DNA from: Candidatus Saccharimonadota bacterium
GTDB taxonomy: Archaea; Nanohalarchaeota; Nanosalinia; Nanosalinales; Nanosalinaceae
Direction: 5' to 3'
Length of the DNA stretch: 32,000 nt
NCBI RefSeq assembly: GCF_047555085.1
Contig: NZ_CP180230.1
Coordinates: 90,001-122,000 of the forward strand
Made by a program: the position numbers and the translations under genes. Below, piece after piece: positions 8,616 through 15,769 of the stretch. Numbering within the stretch: the first letter of the stretch is position 1; every line of letters begins with the position of its first letter. The notes beneath the pieces are model-generated. The model did not search any database. It worked only from the letters and a program-made list of their open reading frames with translations, and had not been told where the DNA came from.

Positions 8616-10131
8616 GAGAAGACAACAAAAAGGACAGTCGATGCAGATACTTCTTTTCGCTTTAGTAATAGTAGGCCTTGCTGTAGGCGTAATGTCATTT
8701 ACACAGGTAATGACTGCTCCACAGATATTCGGTTCTACCATGGATGATGTACCGGTTATCTCAGAGGCCCAGTCCAGGACGGATAACGTGGCTAATTACT
8801 ATGTGCCGCTTTCAGCGCACTACTCCATGGCACAGGGCGTGTATGATGTAGGACAGGCCAACGACATAATAATGACGTATCAGAATCTCCAAGATCATTA
8901 CGGTGACGAGGTGGACGACGTTGAAGTAGCATCACAGTATACATTTGAGGGGTATATACAGGATCCAGAATGGGAAATAGGAAGATGCACTATAGAGGTG
9001 CCTCCGAAAGATCTTGAGGTCGGGATAAACTCCACTCTCGTGAACGTCACCAAGGAAAACTACAACGATCCATTCGTCAGAACCCTCTGTGAAGGTGGTG
9101 ATGTAGAGGTACAAACACAGAGTAACAAAGACGAGGCCCAGAAAAACACGTCCAATATCCGTTTCCATCACCTCATGGTGATGACTATAAACGGCCTGGA
9201 GGCGGTTCATGAGGAATCTGAAACTGCAAAAGATGATGACGATTACTACGGCACTGTAACTGAAGAAGGGGCCTGTTATCTCGATGGGAACGATCCCCAG
9301 ACAAAAGAGGAAAAAGCCAGACAGGATGCCAGGCAAGAATCATATGACTCCGCAGTAAGCGAGATTCTAAGTCTTCAGGAGAGATTTGAGGAAGCAGGAT
9401 GGAACGCAGTAGATAATATCGAAGTATCTGAAGACGAAAATACAGGTATATTTGGCAGAATTATAAATTTTGTTACGTTCTGGGAGACGGATAATACATT
9501 TGACTGGAGCTTCAATGTCTACGAAAACTCCACAGAGATTAGCGAACAGTCAAATGAGCTTAGCGACTGCGAATGTGCAGAATATGACTGCGAAGGATAC
9601 ATAGATGATAGTACATACGAATACGATTCATCCGACAGTCAGTGCAAACATGAAGATGAACCCTTTGGAAGCCCAAATTGTGATGAATACAGCGGGGTAG
9701 TCCACGATGGGTCAGGAAGCTGTGAAACAAGTTATCATCCTCCAAAATGCGATCCCGGATACAGTTTCAACTCGAGCACCAATACATGTGAATCTGATTA
9801 TGGCAATGACTGGGAGTTCGCCTGCGATCAGAATGACTACTACCTGGATACCAGTGATGAAGAATGCGTACACGATAATTCAGGAGAAGATGCAACCTGT
9901 GATAGCTCGGCAGCCAAAGAGTCCGGCGGCGACTGTGTACACGATGGAGAAAGACCTAGTCCAGTATGCGTGCTACAGCCTGTAAAAGCAGAATCTGAGA
10001 CATACTACGAACTGAAAGACTACAAAATGCAATCATACACCGAGGACGAAAAATACGAAATACCTGTGGAAGATGGATGGGAAAACCTTGAGATCAAACG
10101 AAGATACCCATACGACTTCCCAGAACCATAG
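8602..10131 (+). CDS. large pilin-like protein with a Cys-rich C-terminal domain (putative tip adhesin)
   Basis: MDLTKRRQQKGQS/MQILLFALVIVGLAVGVMSF is a typical archaeal class III signal (basic n-region, KGQ, hydrophobic helix). The 509-aa protein is very acidic and has 16 Cys, 13 of them in residues 323-456. 14-nt overlap with the upstream gene. Confidence 0.75.
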   Translation: MDLTKRRQQKGQSMQILLFALVIVGLAVGVMSFTQVMTAPQIFGSTMDDVPVISEAQSRTDNVANYYVPLSAHYSMAQGVYDVGQANDIIMTYQNLQDHYGDEVDDVEVASQYTFEGYIQDPEWEIGRCTIEVPPKDLEVGINSTLVNVTKENYNDPFVRTLCEGGDVEVQTQSNKDEAQKNTSNIRFHHLMVMTINGLEAVHEESETAKDDDDYYGTVTEEGACYLDGNDPQTKEEKARQDARQESYDSAVSEILSLQERFEEAGWNAVDNIEVSEDENTGIFGRIINFVTFWETDNTFDWSFNVYENSTEISEQSNELSDCECAEYDCEGYIDDSTYEYDSSDSQCKHEDEPFGSPNCDEYSGVVHDGSGSCETSYHPPKCDPGYSFNSSTNTCESDYGNDWEFACDQNDYYLDTSDEECVHDNSGEDATCDSSAAKESGGDCVHDGERPSPVCVLQPVKAESETYYELKDYKMQSYTEDEKYEIPVEDGWENLEIKRRYPYDFPEP

Positions 10132-10183
10132 GCAGCAGAGATAAAAATTTTCACTACAAATACACCAACCAAGTGACTACCAT

Positions 10184-10468
10184 ATGACACAGGATACAGC
10201 AGACGACAACACGGTATACATTGGCTCAAAAACAGCAATGAGCTACGTACACGCCGTAGTAACTCAGTTCAGCGAAGGACAGGAAACAGTACACATCAAG
10301 GCCCGAGGAAAAGCAATAAGCAGGGCAGTAGATGTGACTGAATTCATAAGAAATCGCTTCGTAGAAGACGCAGAGATAGAAAATATAGAAGTAGGAACAG
10401 ATCAGATCGAGACAGATGAAGGCGGAGAACTCAACGTATCTTCAATACAGATCGATCTAACAAAATAA
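10184..10468 (+). CDS. albA: chromatin protein Alba (Sac10b family)
   Basis: 94 aa. [21 protein letters not shown]...[24 protein letters not shown] matches the conserved Alba core (IKARG.AIS.AVD..E..RNRF). Confidence 0.9.
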   Translation: MTQDTADDNTVYIGSKTAMSYVHAVVTQFSEGQETVHIKARGKAISRAVDVTEFIRNRFVEDAEIENIEVGTDQIETDEGGELNVSSIQIDLTK

Positions 10469-10540
10469 TTCCCCAGAGGCCTCATCCAGAGGCCCAGGGA
10501 AAATCTATTTTTATCGAATAAGGCTTATTTCTCAAAGGAT

Positions 10541-10548
10541 TTTTATAC
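10541..10548 (+). promoter_or_regulatory. candidate TATA box TTTTATAC
   Basis: Ends 23 nt before the ATG at 10572, a spacing expected for a leaderless or near-leaderless archaeal mRNA. The same octamer lies in front of 11251. Confidence 0.4.
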
Positions 10549-10571
10549 AGGCATAGATAACAACACACTAT

Positions 10572-10916
10572 ATGGAACGTAAAGGAATCTCTCAGGTATT
10601 ATTCTTGATAATAGCAGCATCCGTACTGATGATGGTAGCACTAACGCTCATTTTCATGTTCCAGTCCGGTGCCGGAGATACTACTCAACAGGCCCAGACA
10701 CAGACATGCATATCATCTGTACAGGCTAAATGTAACAGCTTCGGAGATGAATATGTGAGAATGCCTGGGGCATGCATAACAACAGTTGATGGACAGAGAC
10801 AGATGCTTCCAAACACATTCGCGCCACATACTCAGGGAGCTAATGGATACAGTTCGGTATCGTCGCTTTCAGGGACTTCAGGCGCTGTCTATGCTGACTG
10901 TGGAGAAGTTTCATGA
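10572..10916 (+). CDS. pilin with class III signal peptide (114 aa), candidate major subunit
   Basis: MERKG/ISQVLFLIIAASVLMMVALTLIFMF. Small Ser/Thr/Gln-rich domain with 4 Cys. Has its own TATA-like element. Confidence 0.7.
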   Translation: MERKGISQVLFLIIAASVLMMVALTLIFMFQSGAGDTTQQAQTQTCISSVQAKCNSFGDEYVRMPGACITTVDGQRQMLPNTFAPHTQGANGYSSVSSLSGTSGAVYADCGEVS

Positions 10917-10926
10917 GGTATAGAGA

Positions 10927-11202
10927 ATGGATAAGACTCTGGAGATAGTGCTGGTGGCAACCACGCTCGTAGTAGCATCTGTAGTGGTTGTCTCCATGCT
11001 TCAGGGCCAATCCAGCAGCTTTGGAGATTTTTCTGAGGGCCAGACGAGCTCAGCATCATGCGGACTTGGTTACCAGCAGTGGCAGCAGTCGATTGACTGT
11101 GGTGGGGGATCCGCAGACACGACCTCACGATCAGATGAACTGGAGAGCGAGTATGATGACTGCGAGTGGACTGACAGTCCCAGCGCCAGTGAAGCATGCT
11201 AG
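10927..11202 (+). CDS. small pilin-like protein, paralog A (91 aa)
   Basis: MDKTLEIVLVATTLVVASVVVVSMLQGQ N-terminus. 4 Cys, including the C-terminal residue. Paralogous to 11251..11520. Confidence 0.65.
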   Translation: MDKTLEIVLVATTLVVASVVVVSMLQGQSSSFGDFSEGQTSSASCGLGYQQWQQSIDCGGGSADTTSRSDELESEYDDCEWTDSPSASEAC

Positions 11203-11221
11203 AAGCCATTTTTCAAATTTC

Positions 11222-11229
11222 TTTTATAC
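11222..11229 (+). promoter_or_regulatory. candidate TATA box TTTTATAC
   Basis: Ends 21 nt before the ATG at 11251. Identical octamer to 10541-10548. Confidence 0.4.
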
Positions 11230-11250
11230 CTCCATCCACAATAGAACTCT

Positions 11251-11520
11251 ATGGATAAGACGCTGGAGATAATCATGGTCGCCATGACACTTGTAGTAGC
11301 GGCCGTAGTAGTTATTTCCATGCTTCAGGGAGAATCAGGAGATTTTGGTGAGTTCTCAGATGGACAGCAGGAGAGCTCTCAGTGCGGACTTGAAGAACTC
11401 AAATACGAGAGAGCTCTTGATAAGGAATCCTGTTCGGAAACAACTGCAGCTGAGAACATAAGAACAGGCTCCAGTTGTGACTGGGCAGGAAGCAGCAGCC
11501 AAGCATCAGACTACTGCTAG
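11251..11520 (+). CDS. small pilin-like protein, paralog B (89 aa)
   Basis: MDKTLEIIMVAMTLVVAAVVVISMLQGE N-terminus. Cys pattern is conserved with paralog A (CGL...C...C[ED]W...C-end). Confidence 0.65.
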   Translation: MDKTLEIIMVAMTLVVAAVVVISMLQGESGDFGEFSDGQQESSQCGLEELKYERALDKESCSETTAAENIRTGSSCDWAGSSSQASDYC

Positions 11521-12971
11521 AGATCCAGAAAATCTTCTACCACTTTTTCTATCTCCCATATCTCATTCTCCTCAAACTCAGGCCTTTCATCCATGTTGAC
11601 ACCGATCAAAGGAACAGGATTCAAAGTATGCGATGTATTAGGAGAGGCCTCAGACCCCATATCTTCGCAGTTGCCGTGATCAGCTGTAATCAACATCCTG
11701 TAATTAGTATCTTTCACTTTCTCAGCTAAACGCCCTATATTTCTATCAACAGTCTCTACAGCAGTCTTTGTAGCTTCTAGATCACCAGTATGGCCTACAA
11801 GATCGCAGTTAGCAAAGTTCAACAGGATAAAATCTTTCTCTCCTTCATCCAGGACCTCAATCACCACATCACAGATATCATCGGCATGCATCTCCGGCTT
11901 CTGATCATAGGCCTTGATCTTATCTGATTCAACGAAGTGACGCTCCTCGTGTTCAAACTCCAGTTCTCTCTGACCGTTGAAAAAGAATGTGACGTGAGGC
12001 CTTTTCTGAGATTCTGCTACGCGTAGCTGTGAGAGGCCGTTCTTTTCTATCTTTTCTCCAAGCGTGTTTTCCACGATATTTTTCTCGAAGAGTACAGGAT
12101 TTTCAAAATCTTCTCTGTAAAGGAACATAGATACAAAGTTAGGCCTTACAGAGTTATTGAAATGTTCAAAATCATCTTTTAGGAATGCTTCAACTATCTG
12201 CCTCTCCCTGTCCGCACGAAAGTTATAGAAAACGACTTCATCCTCCATTTCCATACCTTTGTAACTTTTTGAGACGGAGGGCTGGACGAAGTAGTCGTAA
12301 TCGCCTTCATTGTAAGTCTTTTCCACAGCCTCTCTTGGATCTGAGAATTCGAAGCCTTCGGCATCTGCCATAGCTCTGTAGGCCTTATGTGTACGCTCCC
12401 AGTTGTGATCGCGGTCCATGCTGTAGTATCGGCCCATGACTGTCGCGATTTCTCCGCCGAATTCCTCTGTCCATGCCTCTATCTGTTCTAAAAATTTCTC
12501 CGCACTTTTTGGCGCGACATCTCGTCCATCGGTAAAGCAGTGAATCTTGACTTCGATATCGTATTCTGAAGAAATTTCTAGCAAGGCCTTCAAGTGATCT
12601 ATATGGCCGTGAATCCCGCCATCTGAAATTATTCCTGCGAAGTGTACGGTAGTATTGTTTTCCTCAGCTCTATCCAGGGCCTCCTTCAAAGCTTCTTTAT
12701 CGCGAAGTTCGTTGTTTTCAATAGCATTGTTTATCCTGGTGAGTCGTTGATCGATTCTTCGACCAGCTCCTAGATGCAGATGGCCTACCTCAGAGTTCCC
12801 TGTGTATCCTTCAGGAAGGCCTACGGCAGGTCCGGATGCGTCTAGCTTGGCGAACCCGTTGCGAGCCATGAGTTTTCCTATGTTGGGTGTGTCCGCCTGT
12901 TTGAATGCGTTACCTTCTGTCTCTTTTCGGAGGCCTACGCCGTCCATCACTACGAGGAGTACTGGTCTCAC
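11517..12971 (-). CDS. gpmI: 2,3-bisphosphoglycerate-independent phosphoglycerate mutase
   Basis: 484 aa with a GTG start. LLVVMDGVGL, GNSEVGHLHLGAGR and LITADHGNCEDM are the metal-site and Ser-phosphotransfer motifs of the iPGM (alkaline-phosphatase superfamily) enzymes. Confidence 0.9.
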   Translation of the reverse strand: MRPVLLVVMDGVGLRKETEGNAFKQADTPNIGKLMARNGFAKLDASGPAVGLPEGYTGNSEVGHLHLGAGRRIDQRLTRINNAIENNELRDKEALKEALDRAEENNTTVHFAGIISDGGIHGHIDHLKALLEISSEYDIEVKIHCFTDGRDVAPKSAEKFLEQIEAWTEEFGGEIATVMGRYYSMDRDHNWERTHKAYRAMADAEGFEFSDPREAVEKTYNEGDYDYFVQPSVSKSYKGMEMEDEVVFYNFRADRERQIVEAFLKDDFEHFNNSVRPNFVSMFLYREDFENPVLFEKNIVENTLGEKIEKNGLSQLRVAESQKRPHVTFFFNGQRELEFEHEERHFVESDKIKAYDQKPEMHADDICDVVIEVLDEGEKDFILLNFANCDLVGHTGDLEATKTAVETVDRNIGRLAEKVKDTNYRMLITADHGNCEDMGSEASPNTSHTLNPVPLIGVNMDERPEFEENEIWEIEKVVEDFLDL

Positions 12972-13101
12972 AGACCTCTATTCGTTCTTGCTGTTTAATA
13001 ATCTAAGAGGTCTTTTCGCCCGGATTTTTTCTGTTGTTCTGCGTCAGTGAAAAAGGCTTTTAACGTTTTGATGGAATGATTTCTACAGGTGAATTCAAAA
13101 A

Positions 13102-14703
13102 ATGGCTGGCGATGTAATTTTCGGCGATGAAGACGATTCTGAAAATGAAACAGAGAAAGAAGTAGTTGTAGAGGATACAGAGACAGAAGAGGAAGCTAAA
13201 GAGGAAAGCCAGCAGGATGTACTATTTGAACAGGACGAGTCCAAAGATGAAGACTCGGAGGCCTCCAGCGATGAGGAAAAATCAGCAGGCCTGAACGACT
13301 TCTCGGATGATACGGAAGAATCAGAAGATGACTCTGGAGATGACTCTGAAGACGAATCCGGTCAGGATGTATTGCTCGGCGACGAAGAGGAAAGCTCCAG
13401 CGAGCAGGAATCTGAAGAAGATGAAGAAAGTACGGGAGACTCAGATCAGGACGAAGAAGAGGAAGAATCTCTGGGAACTGATGAAAAGGCCTCTTCGATG
13501 GATTTCGATCCCGAAAAAGTCAGGGAACTGGAGGAGAAGCTTGAAGGCTTGGAAGCTGAACTTGAGAAAATAAGAGAGCAGACGGGAGAGGAGAAAGATA
13601 TCTCCGGCCTTGAAGAAAATGTAGAGGAGCTTGAAAATCAATTCGAGGAGCTTGCGGAAGTAGAGGACAGGCTTGAAGAGATGGAAACTGTTGATCCGGG
13701 CCTTGAACAAGAAGTAAACAGGATAGAAAACGATTTCGAGGAAAGATTTGAAGACGTCAAATCGACTATATCCGATATAGATACTGAAGAAGAACTGAAA
13801 GATCTCAGAGAGGATCTTAACAAGGTGAAGGATCGTCTGGCCGAGAAATCAGGCCTTGTAAAGGATATAAGATCAGAAGTATCTGATCTGGAAGAAGAGC
13901 TCGAGGAAGCAGAGGCCTCGGAGCCGGAAAACATCGAAGAAGTTCAGGAAAAAGTAGAACAGCTGGAAGAAAGAGAGCTTGTCGATCAGGAGGAAATAGA
14001 CGAACTCCGTGATCTGATCGATGAAGAACCTGAAGGCCTTGAAGATTTAAGGGAAAAAGTTTCGGAGCTTGAACAGAAGGACTTCGTTGAGAAAGAAGAT
14101 CTCGACGAGCTGCGGGAAATGATTGATGAGCAGCCTGAAGGCCTGGAGGATCTCCGTGATAAAGTTTCGGAGCTCGAAGAGCAGGATAATATAGAGGAAA
14201 AGCGTGTAGAACAGCTGGAAGTAGCTCTCGACAATCTTGAGACTCGTCTGGATAAAGTAGAGTCAAGCAAGAGTCAGGAAAAATTCTCAAAGCTTGAGGA
14301 AGACGTTGAAAACGTTAAATCGATTGTAAATGACTTCAAATGGCTTTTCAACGACTTCGATGATCTTTCACAGCTAAAGCTCCTGTCGATGGATGAGTTC
14401 AAGGAACTGAAAGGTACAGGGCAGGAGACGCCTATCGATCAACAGGTGCTGGAATCTCTTGACAACAAGCTAGAGGCAGTTATAGAGGCCTCAGTGACTG
14501 AAGAGGAACGTATCAACAATCTTGAGTCCCGCGTAGCGGATATAGAGCAGGCTGTAAATACTCAGACAAGAGATGAGGATGTAGAAATCCTTCTTGACAG
14601 GATAGAGCATCAGGAAGAACAGATTGAAGAGATAAGAGAAGGCTACAGAGAGCTGGGAGAAATGATGGAGATCCTGCTACAGGAATACAGGAATCAACAG
14701 TAA
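13102..14703 (+). CDS. hyper-acidic coiled-coil protein (hypothetical)
   Basis: 533 aa. The first 130 or so residues are almost only D/E/S/G/T and look disordered. The rest is E/L/K/D heptad-like coiled coil containing a 35-aa tandem repeat. No family recognised. Confidence 0.75.
   Translation: MAGDVIFGDEDDSENETEKEVVVEDTETEEEAKEESQQDVLFEQDESKDEDSEASSDEEKSAGLNDFSDDTEESEDDSGDDSEDESGQDVLLGDEEESSSEQESEEDEESTGDSDQDEEEEESLGTDEKASSMDFDPEKVRELEEKLEGLEAELEKIREQTGEEKDISGLEENVEELENQFEELAEVEDRLEEMETVDPGLEQEVNRIENDFEERFEDVKSTISDIDTEEELKDLREDLNKVKDRLAEKSGLVKDIRSEVSDLEEELEEAEASEPENIEEVQEKVEQLEERELVDQEEIDELRDLIDEEPEGLEDLREKVSELEQKDFVEKEDLDELREMIDEQPEGLEDLRDKVSELEEQDNIEEKRVEQLEVALDNLETRLDKVESSKSQEKFSKLEEDVENVKSIVNDFKWLFNDFDDLSQLKLLSMDEFKELKGTGQETPIDQQVLESLDNKLEAVIEASVTEEERINNLESRVADIEQAVNTQTRDEDVEILLDRIEHQEEQIEEIREGYRELGEMMEILLQEYRNQQ
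13990..14199 (+). repeat. 2 x 105-nt in-frame tandem repeat inside the acidic coiled-coil gene
   Basis: EEIDELRDLIDEEPEGLEDLREKVSELEQKDFVEK versus EDLDELREMIDEQPEGLEDLRDKVSELEEQDNIEE: 24/35 identical by hand alignment. CCTGAAGGCC recurs at 14029 and 14134. Confidence 0.8.
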
Positions 14704-14707
14704 ATTT

Positions 14708-15730
14708 TTACATGAAGCTGTTGAGGCCTGACTGGCGGGAGTTCAAGGCCTTTTCGAGATCATTGAGGCCTGAGCTAATTCTGTCCTCCGAGAAATCGTG
14801 TTCATCTACAAGTATCTTTTTTATCTTCTCTTTATCGAGTTCTCCGGAGCTGTAATCTACTTTTTCTACAGGAGGATTCTGGAAAAACTTTTTGATCTCG
14901 TATGGATCGTTTTCCGACTCCCACTCTACTTTGTCATCCTCCATAAGTTCGTCGAAACTTTCATACTTTCTCACAAGTTTCAATGCGGTCTTGGGGCCGA
15001 TACCGTGGATACCGTCAGGATTGAAGTCTGTTCCCATCAGGACGCCCATCCAGATCAGTTTATCATGTGAGATCTCCAGTTGCTCCAGAACATCGTCCAG
15101 ACGGATCAACTCGGTGGAAATCTCTTTTCTTCCGCCGCCGGAAGTCTTCCTCTTCTTCCGTGTAGTAAGATTTTTCACCATCCTGTCCGCGCCGAACAGC
15201 AGACAGTCCCAGTCCTGAGATCCTACAGCGAACACCTGACCTTCTTTCACCATGTAGGCCGCCTGGGCCTCTCCCTCACTCGAGGCCTGGACATAGGGAA
15301 TCCCCATGGCATCAAGCAACTTTTTCGACTCCTTAATCATATCAGAAGTCAGCTTTGAGGACTGAGTGGCTTTAGAGTAGGCCTCTGAAATCTTTCCCTC
15401 CTCCTTCAATTTTTTCCATTCTTCCCGGGCCTCTTCACGCTTCTTCCTCCGCTTTGTAGTTTCTTTCTCCTTTAATTCTGGTGCCTCGCCGTCGAAGACG
15501 TAGACAGGCCTTATATTGTTCTCTAAAAGATTTATGTTGCGGTAGAAGAGGCCTGAAAGATGGGAGGTGATGTTTCCACTGGAGTCTTTGAGAGGTGTTC
15601 CGTCTCGCTGTCTTATAATCGAGAGGAACTGGTAAAGCGTATTCATCGCATCTATAGCTATCTCTTTATCGTTCAGATCCGCGAAATCGATTTCATCCCT
15701 CTCTACAAGATCTCCAAGATCTACTCCCAT
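14708..15730 (-). CDS. fen: flap endonuclease 1 (FEN-1)
   Basis: 340 aa. The MGVDLGDLV...IAIDAMNTLYQFLSIIRQ.DGTPL.DS.G..TSHL.G.FYR N-domain and the VYVFDG motif are classic. The C-terminal QSGLNSFM fits a PCNA-interacting PIP box. Confidence 0.95.
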   Translation of the reverse strand: MGVDLGDLVERDEIDFADLNDKEIAIDAMNTLYQFLSIIRQRDGTPLKDSSGNITSHLSGLFYRNINLLENNIRPVYVFDGEAPELKEKETTKRRKKREEAREEWKKLKEEGKISEAYSKATQSSKLTSDMIKESKKLLDAMGIPYVQASSEGEAQAAYMVKEGQVFAVGSQDWDCLLFGADRMVKNLTTRKKRKTSGGGRKEISTELIRLDDVLEQLEISHDKLIWMGVLMGTDFNPDGIHGIGPKTALKLVRKYESFDELMEDDKVEWESENDPYEIKKFFQNPPVEKVDYSSGELDKEKIKKILVDEHDFSEDRISSGLNDLEKALNSRQSGLNSFM

Positions 15731-15769
15731 GGCAAAGAAGTTTTACCTCCTGAGATTTAAACAAGTACC

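Noticed and set aside
10889-11272. ORFs 10889..11209 (-) and 10988..11272 (+) overlapping the small pilin genes
   Set aside because: They are out of frame with two paralogous genes whose N-termini and Cys patterns are conserved. The alternative products are Arg/Ser/Pro-rich.
360-11520. Interpreting the locus as an archaellum (fla/arl) operon
   Set aside because: The ATPase and platform come first rather than last. There is no FlaH-like KaiC/RecA ATP-binding protein and no FlaF/FlaG/FlaC-E-like genes. I saw no archaellin-type conserved N-terminal domain of the usual 200 aa or so. A pilus-like system fits better, though this needs HMM confirmation.
8602-11520. Diversity-generating retroelement targeting the adhesin or pilin genes (known in some DPANN)
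   Set aside because: No reverse transcriptase ORF, and I could find no template/variable repeat pair with adenine-specific mismatches in the window.
13307-14290. Alternative-frame and antisense ORFs within the hyper-acidic gene (88-157 aa)
   Set aside because: GAA/GAT-rich repetitive DNA stays open in several frames. The products are poly-K/R/S or poly-S/L artefacts.
14798-15760. Plus-strand ORFs antisense to fen
   Set aside because: Nested in a gene with classic FEN-1 motifs. No independent support.
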